64,000 nucleotides of DNA from an uncultured bacterium (lineage in GTDB: Bacteria; Cyanobacteriota; Vampirovibrionia; Gastranaerophilales; Gastranaerophilaceae): NCBI GenBank assembly GCA_902777385.1, contig CACYTP010000012.1, positions 9,552 to 73,551 on the forward strand, read 5' to 3'. The notes below the pieces were generated by a model. That model was not told the DNA's origin, made no database searches, and saw only the letters and a list, made by a program, of their open reading frames with translations. Below are positions 16,544 to 27,699 of the stretch, piece by piece (the stretch's first letter is position 1; every line of letters starts with the position of its first letter). A program made the position numbers and the translations under genes.

Positions 16544-17413
16544 ATGAGCTTTTCCGAAAAATATCAAAACATATATAATACGGTTTCTGAGGATATTGAA
16601 AGAGTAAAAAAAGAAGTCTTGCTTGAACTGAAGAATTCTTTTGAGTTAACTTCCGATTTGGAACAGTTATTTAACTCTCCATCAAAACACATAAGAGCTG
16701 CACTAAGTCTTTTATATTTAAAAGCAAACAATATTGAAGCAGACGAAAATCAAATAAAATTTCAGGCAATAATAGAACTTATACACAACGGTTCTTTAAT
16801 CCACGATGATATAATTGACAATTCCGATATCCGCAGAAACCATACAACACTCAATGCCTCCCATGGAAATCACTTGTCAGTAATAGCAGGAGATCTTGTA
16901 CTTTCGTTCGCACTAAAAAAAATAGCTGAATTAAATTCAGGTACAGTTTTAAAATTGGTATCCGACACAATAACAAGAATGTGCGAGGGAGAAATTCATC
17001 AATATTATTCAAAATATAAAATCCCGACAGAAAAGGAGTATATTACCAAAACCTATAACAAAACAGGTACACTGTTTGAAACAGCAATAAAAGGAGCTGC
17101 AATACTTTCAGGTAATACCGACAATATAAAAAACGCAGAATTATTCGGAAAATATTTTGGAATAGCATTTCAAATAAGAGATGATATTAAAAATATAGAA
17201 AACAACCAACCCGATAGTGATATAAAAAATGGGATTTACACCGCAGCCGTAATATATTCAAATAATCCGGATAATCCGTCGGAAGGTATTGAAAAAGCAA
17301 AAGCTTTATTGGATAATTATGTAAGAAAAGCTGAAAATACAATTTCTGATATAAAAAAAAACAAATATAAATCAGCTATTATTGAATTATTGGAGCTAAT
17401 CAATCATGAGTGA
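16544..17413 (+). CDS. polyprenyl diphosphate synthase
   Basis: LIHDDIIDNSDIRRN (first DDxxD) and FQIRDDIKN (second Asp-rich motif). Confidence 0.85.
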   Translation: MSFSEKYQNIYNTVSEDIERVKKEVLLELKNSFELTSDLEQLFNSPSKHIRAALSLLYLKANNIEADENQIKFQAIIELIHNGSLIHDDIIDNSDIRRNHTTLNASHGNHLSVIAGDLVLSFALKKIAELNSGTVLKLVSDTITRMCEGEIHQYYSKYKIPTEKEYITKTYNKTGTLFETAIKGAAILSGNTDNIKNAELFGKYFGIAFQIRDDIKNIENNQPDSDIKNGIYTAAVIYSNNPDNPSEGIEKAKALLDNYVRKAENTISDIKKNKYKSAIIELLELINHE

Positions 17414-18356
17414 TAAATTTATCGGGGAAATGTCTTATCAAGAGTTCATTGATGCACTAAAAATTATTGTATCAAAAGACGAAACCGCAAAAGATGAAAA
17501 AGAAGAGAAGTTATCTCTTATTGAGAGCATAAAAGAAGAAATTAAGGAAACTGTTGATGCTTTCATATATCTTTTCTCCGTTGACATGCTAAAAGACCTG
17601 TATTCAAAAATAAAATATATATTTTCTAAACAAATATTTATTGATTGCAAAAATAAAATCTGTAAATTTTTTGAAAAGAAAGAAAAAAAACCTTTAACAA
17701 AAGAAGAATTCATAATTAAGGGGAAAAAATTTAAAGCAGGTTTGAAAGAAACCGTTGATACTGTTTTATTTGTTATTGTAATGGTTATATTAATCAGATT
17801 TTTTATCGGAGAAATTCGCTGGATACCTTCCGGTTCAATGCGTCCTACATTAATAGAAGGTGACAGAATATTTGTTGAAAGGTATTCCAGATTTTACAAA
17901 ACACCGGAAAGAGGGGATATCATGGTATTTTACCCTCCGTTTGAAAAATTAAAAAATACACCGATAAAAGTTTTCTCAAGATTGACCGGATTTTTCTGTA
18001 AAGACATCGCTTATATAAAAAGAGTAATCGGTATGCCCGGTGACAAATTTGAAGTTAAATGGGACGATACAGGTAAATATACAATTTATATAAACGATAA
18101 ACCGCTTGATGAACCATATATCAGAAGTGCTTACGACTACACAACCTGCACGGAAGCTATGACATGCGGACCTTTGGTTATTCCTGAAAAGCACTATATG
18201 ATGCTCGGAGACAACAGAGGTAATTCTCAGGACGGAAGATACTGGGGATTGTTAAGCGAAGACCGTTTCATCGGCAAAGCCGTTTTTCTGTTCTGGCCGA
18301 TTAACAGGATTAAATCATTAAAGTTGAAAGAATATCCGTACGGAAATTTAAAATAA
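17406..18356 (+). CDS. lepB: signal peptidase I with a long N-terminal extension
   Basis: IPSGSMRPTLIEGDRIFVE (catalytic Ser box), YIKRVIGMPGD and GDNRGNSQDGRYWG boxes. About 125 aa of charged extension precede the TM helix. Confidence 0.85.
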   Translation: MSDKFIGEMSYQEFIDALKIIVSKDETAKDEKEEKLSLIESIKEEIKETVDAFIYLFSVDMLKDLYSKIKYIFSKQIFIDCKNKICKFFEKKEKKPLTKEEFIIKGKKFKAGLKETVDTVLFVIVMVILIRFFIGEIRWIPSGSMRPTLIEGDRIFVERYSRFYKTPERGDIMVFYPPFEKLKNTPIKVFSRLTGFFCKDIAYIKRVIGMPGDKFEVKWDDTGKYTIYINDKPLDEPYIRSAYDYTTCTEAMTCGPLVIPEKHYMMLGDNRGNSQDGRYWGLLSEDRFIGKAVFLFWPINRIKSLKLKEYPYGNLK

Positions 18357-18366
18357 TAAAAATATT

Positions 18367-18921
18367 ATGACTACTGAAAAAGAAAAAATGATTTCGGGAA
18401 AAATATACAATCCCGGAGACAAAGAATTATTAAACGCAAGACAAAGAGCAAAAGAACTTTGCCATAAATATAATACTTTACCAAATTCTTCCGTAAACGA
18501 ACGGGAAAATCTGATAAAAAATTTGTTTGGCAAATGCGAAAGCATTATTTCAATTGAGCCGAATTTTTACTGCGACTACGGTTTTAATATATCGGCAGGG
18601 AAAAACTTTTACATTAATCATAACTGTGTAATACTTGATTGTGCCGCCGTAACTTTTGGAGATAACGTATGGATAGGACCTAATTGCGGATTTTATACGG
18701 CAATACATCCGACAAATGCAGAAGAAAGAATTACCGGTGTTGAATATGCAAAACCGATAACCGTAGGTAATAATGTATGGATTGGTGGAAATGTAGTAAT
18801 ACTTTCGGGAGTAACAATTGGAGATAACACCACAATCGGAGCAGGAAGCGTAGTTACAAAAGATATTCCATCGAACGTTGTTGCATTCGGCAATCCCTGC
18901 AAAGTTATACGCAATATTTGA
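18367..18921 (+). CDS. sugar (maltose/galactoside-type) O-acetyltransferase
   Basis: The N-terminus MISGKIYNPGDKELLNARQRAKELCHKYN plus hexapeptide repeats (VWIGGNVVILSGVTIGDNTTIGAGSVV) are typical of the Maa/LacA family. Confidence 0.8.
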   Translation: MTTEKEKMISGKIYNPGDKELLNARQRAKELCHKYNTLPNSSVNERENLIKNLFGKCESIISIEPNFYCDYGFNISAGKNFYINHNCVILDCAAVTFGDNVWIGPNCGFYTAIHPTNAEERITGVEYAKPITVGNNVWIGGNVVILSGVTIGDNTTIGAGSVVTKDIPSNVVAFGNPCKVIRNI

Positions 18922-19047
18922 ACATGCCGATTAAACTTGTAAAAGGATTTAGTATTTTAAAATTTTATAATTTACAATAAACTGTATTTGTGTTAGGCTG
19001 TACTTATTCTAAGACAATTAATTAATTGAAATTGAGAGGGATAAAGA

Positions 19048-21552
19048 ATGAAAGAAGCGTATTTTCCGCAGGAAATAGAAAAGAAATGGCAGAAAGTATG
19101 GGAAGAAACAGGTGCATTTAAAACTCCTGATAACAGTGACAAGCCTAAATATTATGCTTTGTCTATGTTCCCGTACCCATCAGGCAAACTGCACATGGGA
19201 CACGTCAGAAACTATACGATTACCGATGTAATTGCACGTTTCAAGAAAGCTCAAGGATTCAACGTCCTACATCCTATCGGATGGGATAGTTTCGGATTAC
19301 CTGCAGAAAATGCCGCAATGAAACACGGTGCAAATCCTGAGACTTGGACTGATGAAAATATAGCTTATATGACAAAACAGCTTAAAATGCTCGGTCTGTC
19401 ATACGACTGGGATAGAGAAGTAGCTACTTGCAAGCCTGAATATTACAAATGGACTCAGTGGTTATTTTTACAATTGTACAAAAAAGGATTAGCATATAAA
19501 AAAGAAGCTGCCGTAAACTGGTGTAATGATTGCGGGACAGTACTTGCCAATGAACAGGTTATTGACGGTAAATGCTGGAGATGCGACAGCGTTGTTGAGA
19601 AAAAATACCTCTCTCAATGGTTTTTAAAGATTACCGAATACGCAGATGTGCTTTTAGAAGATTTAGAAAAACTTCCGGGTTGGGGCGATAATGTTAAAAC
19701 TATGCAGGCAAATTGGATTGGCAAATCTCATGGTGCGATTTTCAGATTTCCTGTAATTGACGCTCCTAACGGAGAAAAAATGGAAGTACCTGTATATACA
19801 ACAAGACCTGACACCGTTCATGGGATTACATATCTTGTTGTAGCACCTGAGTATAAAGATATTGAAAAACTTACTACAGCAAACAACAAAGCTACTGTTG
19901 AAGAATACAGAGCCAATGCAAGAAAAATGTCGGAAATCGAAAGACTTTCAACAGAACGACCTAAAACCGGAGTTCCGCTTGGGACACATTGCAAAAATCC
20001 GTTTACCGGAGAAACATTCCCACTCTGGACTGCGGATTATGCACTCGTAGAATATGGTACAGGTGCCGTAATGGCAGTACCTACACACGATACAAGAGAC
20101 TTTGCATTTGCAAAAAAATATAATTTACCGTTAAAAACAGTTATTAAGCCTGCAGATAAAGACTTAGGCTCTCCTGAAAACTGGGCAGATGCCTATGTGG
20201 ATTCTGGAATACTTGTTAATTCCGGAGAATTTAACGGTATGGATAACGAAAAAGCTAAAAAAGCTATTACGGAAAAAGCTGTAAAAGAAGGTTTCGGTGA
20301 ATTCAAAACTCAATACAGACTTCGTGATTGGTTAATTTCCCGTCAAAGATACTGGGGAGCTCCAATCCCTGTTGTGTATTGCGACAAATGCGGCATACAA
20401 CCTGTTCCGGAAGATCAGCTGCCTGTATTACTTCCAAAAGACGTAGATTTTTCTGTGGTAGGGAAATCACCTATTACAACTTCACCTACGTTTAAAGATA
20501 CGGTTTGCCCTGTATGCGGCGGACACGCAACCAGAGAAATGGATACCATGGACACCTTCATTTGCTCAAGCTGGTATTATTTAAGGTACGCAGATGCCCG
20601 TAATGATAAAGAATGCTTTAATAAAGATAAAGTAAATCACTGGTTACCTGTTGATCAATATGTAGGCGGTATTGAACACGCAATTCTTCACCTGCTGTAT
20701 TCAAGATTCTTTACAAAAGCACTCAGAGATTGCGGACTGCTTGATTTTGACGAACCGTTCAAAAACTTGCTGACACAGGGTATGGTATTAAAAGACGGTT
20801 CTAAAATGTCTAAATCAAAAGGAAATACTGTAGATCCTGACGAAATATTTGAAAATTACGGAGCAGATACTGCAAGATTGTTCATACTTTCAGATTCACC
20901 TCCGGCAAGAGATTTCGATTGGTCTGATGCCGGTGTCGAAGGTTGTTATAAGTTCCTTAACCGTGTATGGAGATTAATATCAACAAATGCAGAAAATATT
21001 TCTCTTGAAATTCCTGAAATTAAGGCAGGAGATTTAAAGAAAAAAGAAAATGATGATTTGCTGCGTAATGTCCATATAGCCATAAAAGGAATTACTAACG
21101 ATATTTCCAATGATTTTCAGTTCAATACTGTAATCTCTAAATACAGAGAATTAACGAATGCTATATATGACTGGCAGGGTAAAAAGCCTGTATTGGATGA
21201 AGAAGACAAGCTTGTCCTAAGTTTTGCAATTGTATCGTTGATGAAATTGATGTCACCTGTTGCAGTACATTTGACAGAAGAGGCTTGGCATGATTTGGGC
21301 GGTACAGAGTCAATTCATAATCAGCCGTGGTGCAAATGGGATGAAAACCTTGCGAAATCAAGTTCAATAACTCTTGTAGTCCAAATTAACGGCAAAGTTA
21401 AAGATAAAATTGAAGTTGATGAAGGACTCGAACAAGACGAGTTAAAGGAAAGAGCTTTATCAAGCGAAAAAGTTAAGGCTTTGACTGAAGGGAAAACAAT
21501 TATAAAAACAATTGTAGTACCAAAGAAACTTGTAAATATTGTAGTTAAATAG
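19048..21552 (+). CDS. leuS: leucine--tRNA ligase
   Basis: 834 aa with PYPSGKLHMGH (HIGH), KMSKSKGN (KMSKS) and the CP1 editing region TRPDT. Confidence 0.95.
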   Translation: MKEAYFPQEIEKKWQKVWEETGAFKTPDNSDKPKYYALSMFPYPSGKLHMGHVRNYTITDVIARFKKAQGFNVLHPIGWDSFGLPAENAAMKHGANPETWTDENIAYMTKQLKMLGLSYDWDREVATCKPEYYKWTQWLFLQLYKKGLAYKKEAAVNWCNDCGTVLANEQVIDGKCWRCDSVVEKKYLSQWFLKITEYADVLLEDLEKLPGWGDNVKTMQANWIGKSHGAIFRFPVIDAPNGEKMEVPVYTTRPDTVHGITYLVVAPEYKDIEKLTTANNKATVEEYRANARKMSEIERLSTERPKTGVPLGTHCKNPFTGETFPLWTADYALVEYGTGAVMAVPTHDTRDFAFAKKYNLPLKTVIKPADKDLGSPENWADAYVDSGILVNSGEFNGMDNEKAKKAITEKAVKEGFGEFKTQYRLRDWLISRQRYWGAPIPVVYCDKCGIQPVPEDQLPVLLPKDVDFSVVGKSPITTSPTFKDTVCPVCGGHATREMDTMDTFICSSWYYLRYADARNDKECFNKDKVNHWLPVDQYVGGIEHAILHLLYSRFFTKALRDCGLLDFDEPFKNLLTQGMVLKDGSKMSKSKGNTVDPDEIFENYGADTARLFILSDSPPARDFDWSDAGVEGCYKFLNRVWRLISTNAENISLEIPEIKAGDLKKKENDDLLRNVHIAIKGITNDISNDFQFNTVISKYRELTNAIYDWQGKKPVLDEEDKLVLSFAIVSLMKLMSPVAVHLTEEAWHDLGGTESIHNQPWCKWDENLAKSSSITLVVQINGKVKDKIEVDEGLEQDELKERALSSEKVKALTEGKTIIKTIVVPKKLVNIVVK

Positions 21553-21556
21553 ACAT

Positions 21557-21589
21557 AATTACCCCTTGTATCAAAGGGGTAATTTTTTA
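21557..21589 (+). terminator. intrinsic terminator after leuS
   Basis: AATTACCCCTT-GTATCA-AAGGGGTAATT followed by TTTTT. Confidence 0.85.
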
Positions 21590-21601
21590 TAAGGATAAAG
21601 T

Positions 21602-22990
21602 GTGAAAGAAAAATTGCTAAATATACAGATTGAAAAAATCTTTGTGATAATTGCACTCGTTTTTGGATTTTTATACACAATAATACTTCCTCCATTCCAA
21701 TCCGTAGACGAAGCTTCGCATTTTTTCAGGGCATACCAAATTTCAGAAGGCAATTTTAAAGCCAAATACATTGATAATAAAGTTGGAGACTATCTTCCAT
21801 CCGCACTTTACACATATTATCAGAAATATAACCTTATGATTAAAAACATAGATAATAAAACAAACCTCGCAAATCTTAAAGAAGATTTTAATATCAAAAC
21901 AGACAGAAATAATACAACATTCATAACATTTTCAAACACGGCACTATATTCTCCAATTTGTTATGCAGGACAGCTGCCCGGGATTATATTGGGGAAATTT
22001 ATTACGGATAAAATAGCTATACAGTACTATTTTGGGCGTTTCAGCAATCTGATTATGTACTGTTTGCTTATATTTCTCGCTATAAAAATTCTGCCCTTTT
22101 ACAAGCTGCCTTTAGCAGTTATCGCACTTATGCCTATGAGTTTATCTGTCGGAAGTGCATATTCCTCCGATGTTATGGTATTCGGATTAAATTTTTTGTG
22201 GACTGCCATAATCCTGAAAATTGTTTTCGGAAAGGGAAATACTAATATTAAAATGTTATCCTGTATTTTAATATTATTGGCATTTTTTATAGCACTTACG
22301 AAATCCTACATACTATTAATTCCGTTGTGTTTTTTAATTACACCAAAAAAATTTAATTCTGCCAAAATATATACGGCAACAATGCTTGGCATAATACTGT
22401 CTACAGCAGCAGGACTGCTTTTATGGCACGGGTTAATATCAAATATACCGATAAACATGAATGAAGGAATAGCAAATTCCAATAACCAAATCCTATTTAT
22501 ATTGTCACACCCTGTAAGTTATACAATTATTTTGCTTAAAACATTAATTATAAAATTACCGAGATTATTTATAACAATGGTAGGCGTCTTGGGTTGGCAA
22601 GATACTCCGCTTGATTTTTGCACATATATTTTATATCCGATTATCCTGTACATTTCAATGTTTTGTAGTAATATAAAATTTGAACTTAACAAATTTCAAA
22701 AGAGTTTAATTATTTTAACCCTGATAACCGGAATAATTATAACATTTACAAGCCTTTATATTATGTGGTCACCTTTAAAAAACAGTATTATACTGGGACT
22801 AAACGGCAAATACTTCATCCCCATGCTGCTTCCGGCATTACTGTTGCTGAAAAAGATAAAATTTAATTATGATTATGAAAAATTAGCAGTAATTGGAATA
22901 CTTTTGTTAATCCTTATTTTGTTTTCAAGTGAATTATCACTGCTGCACAGATTTTATGATATAACGCCACAGCTATACTACAAAATATAA
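21602..22990 (+). CDS. DUF2142-like polytopic membrane protein (putative glycosyltransferase)
   Basis: GTG start. SVDEASHFFRAYQISEG motif after the first TM helix, then about 10 further TM helices. Confidence 0.55.
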   Translation: MKEKLLNIQIEKIFVIIALVFGFLYTIILPPFQSVDEASHFFRAYQISEGNFKAKYIDNKVGDYLPSALYTYYQKYNLMIKNIDNKTNLANLKEDFNIKTDRNNTTFITFSNTALYSPICYAGQLPGIILGKFITDKIAIQYYFGRFSNLIMYCLLIFLAIKILPFYKLPLAVIALMPMSLSVGSAYSSDVMVFGLNFLWTAIILKIVFGKGNTNIKMLSCILILLAFFIALTKSYILLIPLCFLITPKKFNSAKIYTATMLGIILSTAAGLLLWHGLISNIPINMNEGIANSNNQILFILSHPVSYTIILLKTLIIKLPRLFITMVGVLGWQDTPLDFCTYILYPIILYISMFCSNIKFELNKFQKSLIILTLITGIIITFTSLYIMWSPLKNSIILGLNGKYFIPMLLPALLLLKKIKFNYDYEKLAVIGILLLILILFSSELSLLHRFYDITPQLYYKI

Positions 22991-23011
22991 ACTTTATGCT
23001 AAAATAAAACT

Positions 23012-23827
23012 ATGAGAGAATTTGATTTTTACATAGTACCAACACCTATCGGAAATCTCGGAGATATTACAAACAGAGCAATTGACGTACTTAAATCCGT
23101 GGATATCATTGCGTGTGAAGACAGTCGCAACACCCAAAAGCTTTTAAACCATTTTTCAATTGGGACAAAATGTATTTCATATCATAAATTTAACGAAAAA
23201 GAGCGTGTATCGCAGTTTATAAAGCTTATCAAAGAAGGGAAAAAGATTGCATTAGTATCTGATGCAGGAACTCCCTTGTTTTGCGATCCCGGAGCAATTC
23301 TTGTTGAAGAATTAAAGAAAGAAGATATTTCTGTTACGGCACTCCCCGGAGCAAACGCCGTTATTACTTTTATATCTCAAATTCCAAGAGACAGCGAAGA
23401 ATTTGCTTTCGTTGGTTTTTTACCTAAATCCAAAAATCAGATAATAGAATTATTTGAAAAATACAAAACTACAGACCTGATATTCTATGAATCTCCTAAC
23501 AGACTCTTGGAAACACTTAAAGTAATAAAAGATTATGATTCTGACAGAACAGTATCTGTCGGCAGGGAACTAACAAAAATATTTGAAGAAGTAATAACTA
23601 AAAAAACAGAAAACATGCTTGAGCATTTTTCTCAAACCGGAATTAAAGGTGAAATTGTCGTAATGCTGCACAAAAGTACATCTTCAGACCATATAAAAAA
23701 TTATGAAGATAAAATAAGAAAACTAAAAAACAAAAAATATTCTGATAAAGACATCTCCGTAATACTTTCAACCATATATAACATTAATAAAAATGAGGTT
23801 TACGGATATCTACAAAAAACGAAGTAA
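23012..23827 (+). CDS. rsmI: 16S rRNA (cytidine1402-2'-O)-methyltransferase
   Basis: VPTPIGNLGDITNRAIDVLKSVDIIACEDSRNTQKLL and LVSDAGTPLFCDPG motifs. Confidence 0.85.
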   Translation: MREFDFYIVPTPIGNLGDITNRAIDVLKSVDIIACEDSRNTQKLLNHFSIGTKCISYHKFNEKERVSQFIKLIKEGKKIALVSDAGTPLFCDPGAILVEELKKEDISVTALPGANAVITFISQIPRDSEEFAFVGFLPKSKNQIIELFEKYKTTDLIFYESPNRLLETLKVIKDYDSDRTVSVGRELTKIFEEVITKKTENMLEHFSQTGIKGEIVVMLHKSTSSDHIKNYEDKIRKLKNKKYSDKDISVILSTIYNINKNEVYGYLQKTK

Positions 23828-23907
23828 TTTATATATTTACATGTTTTCTTTTTTATTTTTTGATGATATAATGTTAGTCGGGTAGGATAATTTTAAGGAT
23901 CGGATGT

Positions 23908-25866
23908 TTGAAAAATCCTAAATTTTATAAGTTAATATTAGCATTAGCACTAGCAGCAACATTTCCTCTATCTGGTTTTGCCGAGGATAGCTATTTCCCC
24001 AGCCTTGCTGCTGTAGATGAAAATCCTGCCGTAACCCAAACAGAAGCATCTTCTGAAGAATATTCCTCCGAAACACAGGAAACTGATAAAAACGTCAAAT
24101 ATATCAAAGATGTAGAAATTCATGGAACGAATGTCGTATCCGATGAGGAAATTTTATCAAAATTGAACCTGCATAAAGGAGATGTTTTCAAAAGAGAAAG
24201 TATCAAAGACGGTCTTAATGCCGTGTATGCAACAGGTTATTTTACAGAAAAAATGAGAGCCCTGCCCGTAAACAACCCTGATGGAACTATTACCTTAAAA
24301 ATCATTTTAGAAGAAAATGCACCTGTAACAGATTTTACAATTGAAGGGAATACCGTACTTTCTACAGAGGAAATTCTGGAACCGCTTATTCCTCTGAAAG
24401 GTAAACCGCAAAATATTGCAAAATTGAATGAAGCAATCGAAAAAATCCAAGCAGAATACAATTCTAAAGGTTATATTCTTGCCAGAGTGGAATCTGTAAC
24501 TGATGATCCTGATGGAACTATTAATATCAAAATTCAGGAAGGAATTATAAATTCTATTGCTATTTTCGGCAACAAAAAAACAAAAGATTATGTTATTGCA
24601 AGAAATATTCTTACTGAACCCGGAACCGTATATAACGAGAATCAAATCAGACAGGATTTAGTAAGGTTATATGCAACACAAGCATATAGGAATGTAACAA
24701 GACAAATTGAACCTTGTGAAGATGATCCTGACAAATATGATATTACAATTAATATTGAAGAAGCCGGTACAACTTCAATATCAGTTGGTGCCGGATTAGA
24801 TTCTGCTACAGGTGTTTTTGGTAACGTTGGAATTGCTAATAATAACTTTAGAGGCTTAAATCAAAGGATTTCTCTTAACGGTATTGTTGGTACCGGTACA
24901 ATTCTTAATGATTCATCTATTAAAAGAAGGATGAACATGCAATTTGAACTGAGTTTCTTTGAACCACATTTTTTAAATGCTGATACCTCATTAATGTCTA
25001 AATTATTCTATCGAGACTACGGATCTTATCAGGTACCACTTGCAATAGAAAGACGTTTTGGCGGCGAAATTACGATTGCACACCGTATGAAAAAGAACAA
25101 GAATTTAACATCCAGACTTGCACTTGGTGTTGAAAATGTAGATGTAAGAGAAGGGGATTTCGATAAAATTTCCAGCATGTACGCAAAATACGGAATTCCT
25201 ATAAGCCGTCGTGCAGAAGAACTTAATGGCGGGTTATTCTTAACATTAAGTCCTTCTCTTGTCTATGACACAAGAGATAACAGCACAGTTACAAGAAAAG
25301 GTACTATAGCAAACATTAGATTTGAAGAGAATTTTGGATTGAACGGATTTAATAAGACTCACGGGAAGCTTTCCGGATCAATCAAACAATATATACCAAT
25401 TGGTAAGAAGTCTTCGTTATCATTTATGGCAAGAGCCGGTGGCAAAATACACGGCGACCACATGCCTGAAGTTATGGCATACCGTTTAGGCGGACCGTAT
25501 TCTGTAAGAGGTTATAAGATGAGTGGTGTCGGTACAGGTAATGCGTTTATAATGGGGTCAATGGAATTTGCAACACCAATACCGTTTATAGACAGAACAA
25601 AACTTTCAAGAGGCAGAATGGGCAACTTCTTGAACAATATCAGGTTGACAGCATTTGTTGACGCAGGTAAAGTATTTGATAAGACAATTGCATCAACTCT
25701 GTATGACAGACCAATGTACGGTGTATCTGCCGGTGTAGGTATAAAATTGTACATACCTGGTATGGGACCGGTATCAGTTGATTACGGTATTCCATTTACC
25801 AATGTCGGCAGCAATGGAGCTAAGCACGGGTACTTTACTTTTGGTGTAGGTGATTTCTTATACTAG
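23908..25866 (+). CDS. bamA: outer membrane protein assembly factor BamA
   Basis: Signal peptide, POTRA-like repeats (IKDVEIHGTNVVSDEEIL..., FTIEGNTVLSTEEIL...) and a C-terminal beta-barrel ending FGVGDFLY. Confidence 0.8.
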   Translation: MKNPKFYKLILALALAATFPLSGFAEDSYFPSLAAVDENPAVTQTEASSEEYSSETQETDKNVKYIKDVEIHGTNVVSDEEILSKLNLHKGDVFKRESIKDGLNAVYATGYFTEKMRALPVNNPDGTITLKIILEENAPVTDFTIEGNTVLSTEEILEPLIPLKGKPQNIAKLNEAIEKIQAEYNSKGYILARVESVTDDPDGTINIKIQEGIINSIAIFGNKKTKDYVIARNILTEPGTVYNENQIRQDLVRLYATQAYRNVTRQIEPCEDDPDKYDITINIEEAGTTSISVGAGLDSATGVFGNVGIANNNFRGLNQRISLNGIVGTGTILNDSSIKRRMNMQFELSFFEPHFLNADTSLMSKLFYRDYGSYQVPLAIERRFGGEITIAHRMKKNKNLTSRLALGVENVDVREGDFDKISSMYAKYGIPISRRAEELNGGLFLTLSPSLVYDTRDNSTVTRKGTIANIRFEENFGLNGFNKTHGKLSGSIKQYIPIGKKSSLSFMARAGGKIHGDHMPEVMAYRLGGPYSVRGYKMSGVGTGNAFIMGSMEFATPIPFIDRTKLSRGRMGNFLNNIRLTAFVDAGKVFDKTIASTLYDRPMYGVSAGVGIKLYIPGMGPVSVDYGIPFTNVGSNGAKHGYFTFGVGDFLY

Positions 25867-25912
25867 GGATAAAATAAATAATAAGGTTATATAACAGACT
25901 ACAGGAGGTTTT

Positions 25913-26368
25913 ATGAAAAAAATCAGATTAGCAATGACATTACTTGGATGCGGCCTATTACTTTCAGGTATTAACCAGGCATTTGCAGGTGGCATAGGAT
26001 ACATTGATTACGGTAAAGTACAGGAAAATTATCCTCTAGCACAACAGGCAATTAAAGAAGTAGATGCAAAGGCACTTGAACTACAACAATTTATGGTAGA
26101 TAAAGAAAAACAATATAAAGCATTAGATACACCATTGAAAAAACAAAACTTTGAAGAAGCTACAAGCAGAGAACTTGATGCCAAACAAGATGAATACGCA
26201 AGATTAAGAACTCAAAAAGAAGAAATGGTTTATAATAACATTCAGGCAGCAGCAAAAAAAGTTCTTGTTGAACAGGGATTAGATGCCATACTTGATTACA
26301 GAGTAATATTTGTTGGTGGAGTAGACATCACAAATCAGGTAATACAAAAATTGAAAAGTGGTAATTAA
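25913..26368 (+). CDS. skp: OmpH/Skp family periplasmic chaperone
   Basis: Signal peptide plus a coiled-coil-rich 151-aa protein directly downstream of bamA. Confidence 0.7.
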   Translation: MKKIRLAMTLLGCGLLLSGINQAFAGGIGYIDYGKVQENYPLAQQAIKEVDAKALELQQFMVDKEKQYKALDTPLKKQNFEEATSRELDAKQDEYARLRTQKEEMVYNNIQAAAKKVLVEQGLDAILDYRVIFVGGVDITNQVIQKLKSGN

Positions 26369-26370
26369 TA

Positions 26371-27678
26371 ATGCGAATAGTCGATATTATCGATAAGAAA
26401 AAAAGAGGCTTTGAATTAACCAAAGAGGAAATAAATTATTTTATAACCTCTTTGGTTAATGGTTCTATGCCGGATTATCAGGCTAGTGCATGGTTGATGG
26501 CAGTATGGTTTAAGGGTATGAATGAAGATGAAACAGCATACCTAACAGAAGCCATAATAAATTCCGGAGAAAAAATAGATTTTGGCGATTTAGCAAAACA
26601 GATTGTAGATAAGCACTCCACCGGCGGAGTTGGAGATAAAGTTACAATTACATTAATTCCTCTTCTTGCCGCAGCCGGAATTCCAATAGCTAAACTTTCC
26701 GGTAAAGGCTTAGGGCACACAGGTGGAACAATTGATAAATTGGAATCTATACCCGGATTTAGCTGTAACCTGACTATTGATAAGCTTAAAGAGCAGGTTG
26801 AAAGAATTGGAGTTGCAATAGGACAGCAGACAGGAAACCTGACCCCTGCTGACGGGAAATTATATGCACTTAGGGATGTAACAGCAACTGTAGATTCGCT
26901 GCCGTTGATTTGTTCGTCGGTTGTATCAAAAAAAATTGCAGCAGGTGCAGACAATATTGTTTTAGATGTTAAATACGGTTCTGGAGCTTTTATGAAAACT
27001 CCTCAAAAAGCTGTTGAACTGGCAAGATTGATGGTAAAAACAGGTAAAAAGCTAAACAAACAAATCACAGCCGTTGTAACATCTATGGAAGAACCACTTG
27101 GCAGAGCAGTCGGAAATTCTTTAGAAATTATAGAATCAATAGAATTTTTAAAAGGTAATATCGTAACCGGAGATATTGCAGAATTAACATACGATTTTGC
27201 TGTTTTAGCATTGATGCTGACAGGCAAATTCCTTGATGAAGAAACCGCAAGAAACTATCTCCAAGAACTTATACACAGCGGCAAAGCTATTGATAAGTTC
27301 AGAGAACTTATTGCAGCACAAGGCGGCAATACTAAAGTAATAGATGACTATTCACAATTTGGGGATGTAAAATATAAAACAGAAATTCCTGCTAAAAATA
27401 CCGGATACGTCAAAAAAATAGACGCATACAAAATAGCATACGGCTGTAAACTTCTGGGAGCAGGAAGGGAAAAGAAGACAGATTCAATTGATTACAGCGT
27501 AGGTGTTTTTCTTAACAAAAAAACAGGAGAAAAAGTCTCAGAGGGAGATATATTATACACTATTTATTCAAATTCCGAAGAGAAAACATCTTTATGCAAA
27601 GAGTACTGTGATGAAGCTTTTGAATTCTGTTCGGATAAACCTGAAAAAACTCCTCCAATATACGAAATTGTAAAATAG
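26371..27678 (+). CDS. pdp: pyrimidine-nucleoside (thymidine) phosphorylase
   Basis: DKHSTGGVGDKVT, SGKGLGHTGGTIDKLESIPG and LYALRDVTATVDS motifs. Confidence 0.9.
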   Translation: MRIVDIIDKKKRGFELTKEEINYFITSLVNGSMPDYQASAWLMAVWFKGMNEDETAYLTEAIINSGEKIDFGDLAKQIVDKHSTGGVGDKVTITLIPLLAAAGIPIAKLSGKGLGHTGGTIDKLESIPGFSCNLTIDKLKEQVERIGVAIGQQTGNLTPADGKLYALRDVTATVDSLPLICSSVVSKKIAAGADNIVLDVKYGSGAFMKTPQKAVELARLMVKTGKKLNKQITAVVTSMEEPLGRAVGNSLEIIESIEFLKGNIVTGDIAELTYDFAVLALMLTGKFLDEETARNYLQELIHSGKAIDKFRELIAAQGGNTKVIDDYSQFGDVKYKTEIPAKNTGYVKKIDAYKIAYGCKLLGAGREKKTDSIDYSVGVFLNKKTGEKVSEGDILYTIYSNSEEKTSLCKEYCDEAFEFCSDKPEKTPPIYEIVK

Positions 27679-27699
27679 TAATAATACAGGAAAAGTGGT

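Noticed and set aside
18922-19047. Possible T-box leader upstream of leuS
   Set aside because: The region is only about 126 nt and AT-rich. It has no specifier-loop or T-box (AATTAGGGTGGTACCGCG-like) sequence and no terminator/antiterminator pair.
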